Shown here piece after piece: positions 29,271 through 38,240 of a stretch of DNA of 64,000 bases. The stretch comes from an uncultured Flavobacterium sp. (GTDB lineage Bacteria; Bacteroidota; Bacteroidia; B-17B0; Aurantibacillaceae). Both the position numbers and the translations under genes were made by a program. How positions within the stretch are numbered: the stretch's first letter is position 1; each line of letters begins with the position of its first letter. The notes under the pieces are model-generated. The model had not been told where the DNA came from, did no database searches, and was given only the letters and a program-made list of their open reading frames with translations. The DNA lies in the NCBI GenBank assembly GCA_964541155.1, contig CAZIPC010000002.1, positions 71,919 to 135,918 on the forward strand, written 5' to 3'.

Positions 29271-30296
29271 TTACATATATATAGGGCAAACCCTTGTTTT
29301 AGGCACAAACGGAATTATTTTTTTAAAGATATATGTTAAATAAATTTCAAATGCGCCTTGTTTATTGGTTGCAGCCATAAATTTACTAGTGTTTATATCA
29401 TAACAAGCCCCAATGTTTAATGTTTTTATTTGATAAAATAATCGCAGGATTACAGCGTCTTTTGCTCTATAATTTAATCCAAATCCAATTTGTTGTTGAT
29501 TGCTTTCGTTTAAATGAATTTTTAATAATCCACTAGGTATATATTCATTAAACTTTCCTTGATGCTGCTGCAAACACTCAAAAACAAAATCCATAGATTT
29601 AGAAATAGGATATTGAAATGATAGGTAATTATAAAATTTAGTGTCTAATCTAATTGTCGTGTTATTTTGAAAAGTAATCCGCGGAGAATTAAAATGACTT
29701 ACCGAAAATCCGTATTGTAAGTATGCTCTTTGTTTTATAATATATTTAAATAAACTACCCAAAGATATGTCTAAATAATATGCAGAATTACTAGCAAAAC
29801 TTTCGCCTGTATTTAAAGATGGGTTATAATGCAATCCGTCGTATTGATTGTCAAATGTCATTTTATTATAATTAAATGTTATGTTAGAAAAACCGATGTT
29901 TGCTCCTCCACTAAACACTAGTGTAGAGTCTTTATTTATTTTATGAATATATGAAGCCGATGCATAACATTGATTTATATTATAATTTGCATCACCAGAT
30001 TTATCATTATTAAATAATATTCCAAGCCCTATTTGATGTGTTTTTTTTGTTGTATACTTTGTATCACCAAAAAACGAAAACGTAGAATAAGATACAGGAA
30101 CAGATTGCCATTGGCTACGATAAATTGCCCCCGTTCTATAATCACCATCAAAAAATCCTGTAAAAGCGGGATTTGTGTTTAATAACGAACCGTTATATTG
30201 AGAAAAATGTATGTCTTGACTTTTTAAAATAAAGACATGTAAAAACACTAACAGCGTAAAAAAAAATCTTAAATTATATGCTAAACAAAAACCCAC
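29271..30296 (-). CDS. PorP/SprF family type IX secretion system membrane protein
   Basis: N-terminal block QDIHFSQYNGSLLNTNPAFTGF is typical of PorP/SprF. About 340 aa with beta-barrel-like composition. GTG start overlaps the upstream stop by 1 nt. Confidence 0.8.
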   Translation of the reverse strand: MGFCLAYNLRFFFTLLVFLHVFILKSQDIHFSQYNGSLLNTNPAFTGFFDGDYRTGAIYRSQWQSVPVSYSTFSFFGDTKYTTKKTHQIGLGILFNNDKSGDANYNINQCYASASYIHKINKDSTLVFSGGANIGFSNITFNYNKMTFDNQYDGLHYNPSLNTGESFASNSAYYLDISLGSLFKYIIKQRAYLQYGFSVSHFNSPRITFQNNTTIRLDTKFYNYLSFQYPISKSMDFVFECLQQHQGKFNEYIPSGLLKIHLNESNQQQIGFGLNYRAKDAVILRLFYQIKTLNIGACYDINTSKFMAATNKQGAFEIYLTYIFKKIIPFVPKTRVCPIYM

Positions 30297-32017
30297 TATC
30301 TAATTAATGTAACATTTCCTTTTTTAATAATTTCTTCTCCTTGCTCACTACATCTTGCTTTCATATAATACCCAAACACTCCTGGATCAGCCAATCTACC
30401 ATTAAAAACACCATCCCAGCCTTGTGATACATCTTCTGTAGAGTATACTAATTGTCCCCATCTATTATAAACCGCTAAATAAAAAACTGAAAACTGAGGG
30501 CCTCTGATTTTAAAAATATCATTAAATCCATCATTATTAGGAGTAAATGTATTAGGTATATAAATTTCTGGTTTTGAAATAATGCTTATTGTTTGTGCGT
30601 TTATTGTATCCGAACAATTTATCGAATTAGGAATTTGTGCTACTAATGTTACCTGAAAATTTCCTGCTGTTGTATAATTATGATTTGGGTTTTGAATTGT
30701 TGCCACACCTCCATCTCCAAAAAACCAACTCCATGTTGTGTTTGTTCCTGTTGGACTTTGAACTAATCCCGAAAAATTAACTAAGTTTTCGGAACAAGCC
30801 ACAGGGGTATAAGTAAATGAAGCGTCAAAAGAATCACTTATAGAAACAGTAGTAGTAATCGTGTCATTACATAAAGGTTTATTGCTTACAAAAGCTACCA
30901 TTGTAACAGAATATGTTCCTGTTGCTGGATATTGATACGTTGGATTTACAACATGAGACGTATCAGCTAATGTTGTTGGATCTCCAAAATACCAATTAAA
31001 TCCTAATCCCGAACTACCTGTGCTGTTATTTGAAAACGAAGCGCTAGTTGTACCACAAATAGCTTGAGGAACTTGAGCAGCAGCAACAACCACTTGAGGA
31101 CAAGGTTTTACTATTAGTTGAAAATCTCGTTTTGTTTCACTTAGAAATACACCATTACGATATTCTTTAACCTTTATTCCTATCACAAAATATCCTTGTA
31201 AATTTGGTGTTGCAGTTACTAAACCGTTAGTTGAATTAATTTGCATTGGAATTCCCCCAAGCATATTGTTTGTTGAATATGGAGGATTCCATATAATGGT
31301 TGAAAAAGGAGGGCTTACAGGTGCGGTTGGGCAAACAGGCGTTGTGTTTGGACAAGTTGTTGCTTGTGGAACAAAATTACCAACCACAGGACAAGATGGG
31401 GTTAGTCCCTCATAAGGCATAAACAATTCATACACTAAAGAATCTCCATCATAATCAATAGCAGAATTATCAAATACCCAAGGTTTATTTACACAAATAA
31501 ATGGCGGTGGCCAAAAATTTATCACCGGATTACTATTGGTTGTTGCTACCTCTGGACCCGGTATAGATGCATAATAGGTTGCTCCCACACAAGCAGGATT
31601 AATAATATTTAATATGTTTTGATTTCTGCAACAGCGTTGATAAGATATTTGATAACCGCCTAATAGCGGTGGCAAATTAATTGTATCAATATAAGTGGTT
31701 ACTTCATAACAAAAATCTAATGGAGGAATGGTGCAAGGATCATTTATTGTAGGTTGAAGAGTGTCTAATCCTCTAAAGGTCATTTGTAACGTTTGCAACA
31801 GTTGATTACTACTGTTAAAAATCCCCACACTTGCCGGATTGTCAAAAGGAGGAATTCCCACATAACAATCTCTATATACCGTTAAGCGTATTTCGTAATT
31901 ATTAAAACCTAAATTCTTATAATTTAACTCTCCTCCAACAATATGGGTTGCCCTTACCTTATAAAAAGTTAAAAAACAACAAAGTGTGAATAAAATTAAT
32001 AATTGGTTTTTACGCAT
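30296..32017 (-). CDS. T9SS type B sorting domain (CHU_C / gliding motility-associated C-terminal domain) cell-surface protein with PKD domains
   Basis: Signal peptide. Two PKD-like blocks (WYFGDPTT...YSVTMVA and WFFGDGG...FQVTLVA). C-terminus IPNTFTPNNDGFNDIFKI...YNRWGQLVY...WDG. Confidence 0.8.
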   Translation of the reverse strand: MRKNQLLILFTLCCFLTFYKVRATHIVGGELNYKNLGFNNYEIRLTVYRDCYVGIPPFDNPASVGIFNSSNQLLQTLQMTFRGLDTLQPTINDPCTIPPLDFCYEVTTYIDTINLPPLLGGYQISYQRCCRNQNILNIINPACVGATYYASIPGPEVATTNSNPVINFWPPPFICVNKPWVFDNSAIDYDGDSLVYELFMPYEGLTPSCPVVGNFVPQATTCPNTTPVCPTAPVSPPFSTIIWNPPYSTNNMLGGIPMQINSTNGLVTATPNLQGYFVIGIKVKEYRNGVFLSETKRDFQLIVKPCPQVVVAAAQVPQAICGTTSASFSNNSTGSSGLGFNWYFGDPTTLADTSHVVNPTYQYPATGTYSVTMVAFVSNKPLCNDTITTTVSISDSFDASFTYTPVACSENLVNFSGLVQSPTGTNTTWSWFFGDGGVATIQNPNHNYTTAGNFQVTLVAQIPNSINCSDTINAQTISIISKPEIYIPNTFTPNNDGFNDIFKIRGPQFSVFYLAVYNRWGQLVYSTEDVSQGWDGVFNGRLADPGVFGYYMKARCSEQGEEIIKKGNVTLIR

Positions 32018-32046
32018 GCTCTTATTTTAAAAGACTCACTAAGCTA

Positions 32047-32079
32047 AATAAAAAAACCCTGATTAAAAAATCAGGGTTT
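32047..32079 (-). terminator. rho-independent terminator after the 66-aa gene
   Basis: AAACCCTGATT / AATCAGGGTTT stem with a 4-nt loop. T-run on the minus strand. Confidence 0.65.
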
Positions 32080-32102
32080 CATTCTGTCTTATAAATTTAA
32101 GA

Positions 32103-32303
32103 TTATCTTAAGGTTCCGTTTTTATCAGCTTCTTTGTTTTGTTTTAAAATTTGACGTACTTGATAGCCAAGTAAAAATGCTATAATGCTCCATAAAATAA
32201 TGTTTGGACCGTGTCCTAAAACATCCATTCCCTTAAAAACAGTTTTAGAGAAATCTCCTATACCATAAAAAACATCTGTCATTGTAATCATTAAAGAAGC
32301 CAT
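32103..32303 (-). CDS. small two-TM membrane protein, hypothetical
   Basis: 66 aa. Hydrophobic core PNIILWSIIAFLLGY. Has its own terminator. Confidence 0.45.
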   Translation of the reverse strand: MASLMITMTDVFYGIGDFSKTVFKGMDVLGHGPNIILWSIIAFLLGYQVRQILKQNKEADKNGTLR

Positions 32304-32375
32304 ATTAATGTAATTTTAATTAAGTTTACGGCACAAAAATAGAATTTTTTCTTTAAAAAAACGATTTTTTTTAAA

Positions 32376-33365
32376 ATGATTGTACAAGCTTTAAAAAACA
32401 ATATACAAATGTCATTTGTGTTTCTTTTAATCTTATGCTTAGGGGCGTGGGGCTGTAGTTTTTCCTTTGAAAGCTATAACAACGGAACACTGAATGATAT
32501 TACAAGCCCCCTAACATTTTTATTTATTAAAATTCAAAATTATCCTATTTTAAATCATTTTATTAGTTTAACTGTTATTTCTTTAGGCGCATTTTTAATT
32601 AATTACTTAGCCATAGAGCAAGAAATAGTATCTAAAACTAACTACCTGCCATCCTTTATTTACTTACTAATTGCATTTTCTGGAAACACAACTATATCTA
32701 GTACGCCTTTATTAACAGCTAATTTATTTATTTTGATTTGCTTTCATTACTTAATAAAAATATATCGACAAGATAATGTTTTGTCTGAATGTTTTAAAGG
32801 CGGATTGTTTTTTAGCATTGCTTTCTTTTTTTATATACAATACCTGGTGCTATTGCCAATTTGTTTATTCATAATTGCCATTCTTCGACCATTTAATTGG
32901 CGTGAATGGGCACTATTGGTTATTGGGATTATTTTTCCGGTATACTTATTTTCATGTTTTAGTTATTTAACCTCAACAAATGCTTTTCTTTTGTTTAATG
33001 AAATTGGCATTGCGTTTTCCTCTTTACATCACCCAATTATATCTGAATATTACATTATCATTTTAGCAACAATAAGCCTTTGTAGCTTACTAATGTTTAT
33101 GCATTATTTAAACAAAAGCCTGGGAGGCAAGGTAAAAACACAAAAAACAAAACACATTTTATTATGGTTATTGATTTTAACGTTAATTACTGTTGCTTTT
33201 AACTCGCCGTTTGATATGATTTTATTGCCAGCAGCTATACCTTTAAGTATATTAATTGGTGATTATTTAGCAGATATAAAACAAATAAAAATTGCTAATA
33301 CATTATTAATGTTGTTTATTGTTGGATTTATTGTTGTTTTTTTACGCGCAATGGCTATTATTTAA
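32376..33365 (+). CDS. polytopic membrane protein of unknown function
   Basis: 329 aa with 8 or more hydrophobic helices. No catalytic motif recognised. Confidence 0.5.
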   Translation: MIVQALKNNIQMSFVFLLILCLGAWGCSFSFESYNNGTLNDITSPLTFLFIKIQNYPILNHFISLTVISLGAFLINYLAIEQEIVSKTNYLPSFIYLLIAFSGNTTISSTPLLTANLFILICFHYLIKIYRQDNVLSECFKGGLFFSIAFFFYIQYLVLLPICLFIIAILRPFNWREWALLVIGIIFPVYLFSCFSYLTSTNAFLLFNEIGIAFSSLHHPIISEYYIIILATISLCSLLMFMHYLNKSLGGKVKTQKTKHILLWLLILTLITVAFNSPFDMILLPAAIPLSILIGDYLADIKQIKIANTLLMLFIVGFIVVFLRAMAII

Positions 33366-33449
33366 TGTTCATGTTTTTATGAATAAATAAAGTACCGTTT
33401 TTAAGGTATAATAGCTCAAACATAAAATTGTATTTTTATATGCTATATT

Positions 33450-33704
33450 ATGCTAACACTTAATTCTTTAATGCTAGGTCAAACTGCAACAATTCAAGGG
33501 TTTACAGACGATTTCCTGTCGTTAAAATTTATTGAAATGGGTTGTATTCCTGGCGAAAAAATAAAATTAACAAATATTGCTCCTCTTGGAGATCCTATTG
33601 CTATTGAGGTTTCTGGTTATTTATTGAGTTTAAGAAAACAAGAAGCCGAAACGATTATTATAAAATTAATCTCTGAAAACACAATTGAATCCTGTGCTAT
33701 CTAA
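33450..33704 (+). CDS. feoA: ferrous iron transport protein FeoA
   Basis: 84 aa with an SH3-like FeoA pattern (LGCIPGEKIKL...APLGDPIAIEV). Immediately precedes feoB. Confidence 0.8.
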   Translation: MLTLNSLMLGQTATIQGFTDDFLSLKFIEMGCIPGEKIKLTNIAPLGDPIAIEVSGYLLSLRKQEAETIIIKLISENTIESCAI

Positions 33705-35730
33705 AAAAAAGAATATTTCTATTGCACTAGTTGGCAATCCTAACAGCGGAAAATCTACGCTATTTAATTCATTAACCGGATTGCACCAAAAAACCGGAAA
33801 TTATTCTGGCGTTACCGTTGATAAACATTTTGGTTCTTATAAATATAAAAACACAGAATACCAACTTATTGATTTACCAGGCACATATAGCTTATACCCT
33901 AAATCAATAGATGAAGAAGTTGCCTGTAAAGCATTAATAAATGCTGAAGAAAAAATTGATATTGTGGTTATTGTAGTCGACTCTTCTAATTTAAAAAGAC
34001 ATTTACTTTTAGCTACACAAATTATAGATTTAAAAAAGCCATGCGTAATGGCCTTAAACATGATTGATGAGGCCGAAAAAAACAATATTCATATTTATAA
34101 AGAAGAGCTTGAAAAGTTGCTAGGGATAAGTATTGTAGCAACAAATTCAAGAAAAAAAGAAGGTATAAAGGAATTAAAAGAAGCAATCATTAATGCCAAA
34201 ATATCAAACTCTATTTTTTATGATTTTGAAAAACAAAAACAACTGCTTCCTCATTTGTCAGATTATAAAGAAATTATCGAATCTCAATTTAATAATTTAG
34301 AGGTCTATAATTCTGTTATAAAGTCGTTTGAGTTAGCCGACAATATTCATCGGTTTTTGAAAATAAATTATATTGTTGCTAAATGCTTAAAACAACCCGA
34401 GCAATTAAGCAAAAATATTACGCAAAAATTAGATCGTTTTTTTACACATAAGTTATTTGGTTTTATATTTTTCTTTATAATACTATTTGTTATTTTTCAG
34501 TTTATCTTCTATGTAGCTGAATATCCAATGTCTTGGATTGAAAACGGCTTTACATATTTAATGAATTTTGTCAGCAATTTATTACCCTCAGGACAAATTA
34601 ACGATTTAATTGTTAACGGAATATTAGCCGGAATTAGTGGGATAGTTGTTTTTGTTCCTCAAATAGCATTGTTGTTTTTCTTTATTTCTGTTTTAGAAGA
34701 TACTGGATATATGGCTCGAGCAAGTTTTATTTTAGATAAAATAATGCGGCAATTTGGATTAAACGGAAAATCAGTTATTCCGATGATTAGTAGTGTTGCT
34801 TGTGCCGTTCCATCTATTATGAGCACACGAACTATTACAAACTGGAAAGATAGAATTATAACCATTTTAGTAACGCCTTTAATTAGTTGCTCTGCAAGGC
34901 TTCCCGTGTATACATTGTTAATTAGCATCATGTTTGCAGGCAAAAAAACTTTTTTAGGATTAAACTTTCAAGGGTTAGTACTAATGGCTATGTATATTCT
35001 GGGGTTTTTAGCCGCTTTATTTGCGGCCTTGATATTAAAACGTGTTTTAAAAACATCCGAAAAAAGTTTTTTTATTATGGAGTTGCCTGTTTACAGAAAA
35101 CCACAATGGCAAACAGTTGGCATATTAGTTTTTGATAAAGTAAAAGTTTTTTTGTTTGATGCTGGTAAAATTATTTTAGCTATTTCAATAATATTATGGT
35201 TTTTAACTTCACACGCCCCTTCAAATAATTTTGAACAAATAGAGAAAAAATATAGCAATGCAATAATAAATACAAACAACGATAGCTTAAAGGTAATTTA
35301 CGCTTCACAAATGCAATCTCAAAAACTAGAGTCTTCATACGCTGGCTTATTAGGAAAAAAAATGGAGCCAATTATCAAGCCGTTAGGTTTTGATTGGAAA
35401 ATAGGAATAGCACTAATTACTTCTTTTGCTGCTCGAGAAGTATTTGTTGGGACCATGGCTACTATTTATAGCAGCGGCGATTCTGACAATACAGAATCTC
35501 TTCGAGAAAAATTAATTAATGAAAAAAATATACAGACACACAAATTAACCTATTCAAATGCCGTTTGCTGGTCGCTTCTTATTTTTTATGTTTTTGCTAT
35601 GCAATGCATGAGCACTCTAGCAACCACTTACAGAGAGACAAAACAATGGAAATGGCCAATCGTTCAATTAATTTTTATGACTGGTTTAGCATACCTTTCT
35701 TCTTTTGTGATATACTCTGTTTTTAGTTAA
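33685..35730 (+). CDS. feoB: ferrous iron transporter FeoB
   Basis: N-terminal G domain (GNPNSGKSTLFN, DLPGTYSL, NMID) and a polytopic permease domain. TTG 33685 or GTG 33694 start, overlapping the end of feoA. Confidence 0.95.
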   Translation: MNPVLSKKKNISIALVGNPNSGKSTLFNSLTGLHQKTGNYSGVTVDKHFGSYKYKNTEYQLIDLPGTYSLYPKSIDEEVACKALINAEEKIDIVVIVVDSSNLKRHLLLATQIIDLKKPCVMALNMIDEAEKNNIHIYKEELEKLLGISIVATNSRKKEGIKELKEAIINAKISNSIFYDFEKQKQLLPHLSDYKEIIESQFNNLEVYNSVIKSFELADNIHRFLKINYIVAKCLKQPEQLSKNITQKLDRFFTHKLFGFIFFFIILFVIFQFIFYVAEYPMSWIENGFTYLMNFVSNLLPSGQINDLIVNGILAGISGIVVFVPQIALLFFFISVLEDTGYMARASFILDKIMRQFGLNGKSVIPMISSVACAVPSIMSTRTITNWKDRIITILVTPLISCSARLPVYTLLISIMFAGKKTFLGLNFQGLVLMAMYILGFLAALFAALILKRVLKTSEKSFFIMELPVYRKPQWQTVGILVFDKVKVFLFDAGKIILAISIILWFLTSHAPSNNFEQIEKKYSNAIINTNNDSLKVIYASQMQSQKLESSYAGLLGKKMEPIIKPLGFDWKIGIALITSFAAREVFVGTMATIYSSGDSDNTESLREKLINEKNIQTHKLTYSNAVCWSLLIFYVFAMQCMSTLATTYRETKQWKWPIVQLIFMTGLAYLSSFVIYSVFS

Positions 35731-35738
35731 CTTGTTAA

Positions 35739-36557
35739 ATGTATAATAAACTTCTTCATCAAGCAATTGTTGCTTCTGTTTTAGCAGGCTCTGAAATATT
35801 AGATGTATATAACACAAACTTCGATATTGATTATAAATCAGATTCTTCCCCAGTTACACTCGCCGATAAAAAAGCAAATGACATAATAATACAAACATTA
35901 GCCCATCTAAAAATCCCTATTTTAAGCGAAGAGGGTTTTATTGATGATTTTGAAAAGCGGAAAACCTGGGAAAAATTATGGCTTGTAGACCCATTAGATG
36001 GGACGAAAGAATTTATTAAAAAAAACGGTGAGTTCACCGTAAATATAGCTTTAATAGAAAAAAACAATCCTTCTCTTGGAGTTGTTTATTCTCCAATATC
36101 AAAAGATATTTATTTTTCTGCTAAAGGATTAGGCGCTTTTAAAATAAATGGTTCTGTTTTTGTTAACAGTCATCATCAAATTGAAACATCAACATTAACT
36201 AATTTATTAAACTTAGCACAAAAACTTCCTATACAACCATTTAATAAAAATTATACAGTAGTTGCAAGCCGCTCACACATGAGCAAAGAAACATATGCGC
36301 ATATTGAATTATTAAAACGTTTGTATAACCATGTTGAAATTAAAAGCATTGGTAGTAGTATAAAACTTTGTTGGATTGCCGAAGGGGTGGCAGATGAATA
36401 TCCTCGATACGGAACAACAATGGAGTGGGATACAGCAGCGGGTCAAGCAATACTTCAAGAAGCAAATGCTACTTTAATTGATGTTGAAACAAAACAAAGC
36501 ATGCTTTATAATAAAAAAACACTCACAAATAATTGGTTTATAGCTAAAAGAAATTAA
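35739..36557 (+). CDS. cysQ: 3'(2'),5'-bisphosphate nucleotidase CysQ (inositol monophosphatase family)
   Basis: Motifs ILSEE, WLVDPLDGTKEFI and WDTAAGQAI. Confidence 0.8.
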   Translation: MYNKLLHQAIVASVLAGSEILDVYNTNFDIDYKSDSSPVTLADKKANDIIIQTLAHLKIPILSEEGFIDDFEKRKTWEKLWLVDPLDGTKEFIKKNGEFTVNIALIEKNNPSLGVVYSPISKDIYFSAKGLGAFKINGSVFVNSHHQIETSTLTNLLNLAQKLPIQPFNKNYTVVASRSHMSKETYAHIELLKRLYNHVEIKSIGSSIKLCWIAEGVADEYPRYGTTMEWDTAAGQAILQEANATLIDVETKQSMLYNKKTLTNNWFIAKRN

Positions 36558-36744
36558 ATTAAAAAAACAATAATTTCAACATATATAATATTATTATGTC
36601 TTATTTTTTAACTACGATATTATATTAAAAACGCCCTAAAAATGAGATATATATAACTAATTAAAAAATTAAACCGCATTTTTATTAAATACATTAATTA
36701 CAATTTGGGTTAATAACTTTTTAATGATTTAATTCATATCGCAT

Positions 36745-36752
36745 TATATTTG
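36745..36752 (+). promoter_or_regulatory. -7 box TATATTTG upstream of the enoyl-CoA hydratase gene
   Basis: TAnnTTTG match 21 nt upstream of ATG 36773. Confidence 0.4.
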
Positions 36753-36772
36753 CTTTAATAAAAAAATAGAAA

Positions 36773-37567
36773 ATGACAGTAGAGATGGCTTTAGAAAATA
36801 TTACAACCGAATTAAAAAACGAAGTATTAATAATTACTATTAATCGACCAGATAAATTAAACGCATTAAACAAACAAACCATAGAAGAGTTACACGAGGT
36901 TTTTGTTGAAGCAGAAAACAATAAAGGTATTCGTGCTCTTATTATCACTGGATCGGGACAAAAAGCATTTGTTGCCGGAGCAGATATTGCCGAATTTGCA
37001 AACTTTAGCATTGAAGAAGGAAAACAACTGAGCTCAAATGGTCATTTTAAAATTTTTAATTTCATAGAAAATTATTCTAAGCCTGTAATTGCGGCGGTAA
37101 ATGGGTTTGCTTTAGGCGGTGGATTAGAACTAGCAATAGCTTGTCACATGAGGGTAGCTAGTAATAATGCTAAAATGGGATTACCCGAAGTAAGCTTAGG
37201 TGTTATCCCTGGATACGGGGGCACTCAAAGATTAGCCCAATTAGTTGGAAAAGGGAAAGCTTTTGAAATGATTGTTACTGCCGACATGATCAACGCAGAA
37301 GATGCTTTGAAGTGGGGTTTAGTAAATTATGTAACTTCTCCTGAAGAATTATTAAACAAATGCTTCGATATCACTTCTAAAATTATCACCAAGTCGCCTA
37401 TGGCGGTTCGAACTGCTATTAAAGTAATAAATGCTGGATATAATAATAAACAAAATGGTTACGAAGTAGAAATTGAAGAATTTGGAAAAAGCTTTGGAAC
37501 TGGTGATTTTAAAGAAGGCGTTGCTGCATTTTTAGAAAAACGAAAAGCTAATTTTCCAGGAAACTAA
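36773..37567 (+). CDS. enoyl-CoA hydratase/isomerase (crotonase) family protein
   Basis: Crotonase blocks GSGQKAFVAGADI and AAVNGFALGGGLELAIACH. Confidence 0.85.
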   Translation: MTVEMALENITTELKNEVLIITINRPDKLNALNKQTIEELHEVFVEAENNKGIRALIITGSGQKAFVAGADIAEFANFSIEEGKQLSSNGHFKIFNFIENYSKPVIAAVNGFALGGGLELAIACHMRVASNNAKMGLPEVSLGVIPGYGGTQRLAQLVGKGKAFEMIVTADMINAEDALKWGLVNYVTSPEELLNKCFDITSKIITKSPMAVRTAIKVINAGYNNKQNGYEVEIEEFGKSFGTGDFKEGVAAFLEKRKANFPGN

Positions 37568-37595
37568 GTCTCTATCTTTAACCTATTTAAATTAA

Positions 37596-38126
37596 ATGCA
37601 CATGAGCATCACAAGGCCTTTTAATTTTAAAAAATGGATTGATGAAAATCGTCACCTATTAAAACCTCCTGTAAACAATAAAGTTGTATACAAAGACGCT
37701 GAATTTATTGTAATGGTTGTTGGCGGTCCAAACTCTAGAAAAGACTATCACTATAATGAAAGCGAAGAGTTCTTTTATCAACTTGAGGGAAACATTATTG
37801 TAACAATTCAAGAAAACGGAAAAGCTGTTCAGGTTCCCATAAACGAAGGAGATATTTTTTTACTTCCTCCTAAAGTTCCTCATAATCCCATTCGCTTTGA
37901 AAACACTATTGGTTTGGTTATGGAACGCAAAAGAAGAGAAGGAGAAAAAGATGGGCTTATGTGGTTCTGTGAAAAGTGTAATACCCCTTTATATGAAGAA
38001 AAATTTGTTTTAAGCGATATTACTACACAATTTCAAGACACGTTTTCTAAATTTTATGGTTCTAAGGATTTAAGAACATGCAATTCTTGTGGCCATATTA
38101 TGGAACCCCCTCCTGTTATTGCTTAA
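37596..38126 (+). CDS. 3-hydroxyanthranilate 3,4-dioxygenase
   Basis: Cupin block DYHYNESEEFFYQLEGN...PPKVPHNP. C-terminal CxxC...CxxC rubredoxin-like site (CEKC...CNSC), as in bacterial HAO enzymes. Confidence 0.9.
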   Translation: MHMSITRPFNFKKWIDENRHLLKPPVNNKVVYKDAEFIVMVVGGPNSRKDYHYNESEEFFYQLEGNIIVTIQENGKAVQVPINEGDIFLLPPKVPHNPIRFENTIGLVMERKRREGEKDGLMWFCEKCNTPLYEEKFVLSDITTQFQDTFSKFYGSKDLRTCNSCGHIMEPPPVIA

Positions 38127-38240
38127 ACCATTTTTTTGGATTAATGCTCGCTAAAACTTATTAGAAGTACAGTTTTGACGAGTAAATTAGTCGTTTTTCA
38201 CTTGTTTTTAATTTAACTTTGTTATATTAATTTGTTTACA

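Noticed and set aside
33685-33704. 20-nt overlap of feoA and feoB with a non-ATG (TTG or GTG) feoB start
   Set aside because: Overlapping, coupled feoA-feoB junctions are ordinary. This is only a start-codon annotation detail.
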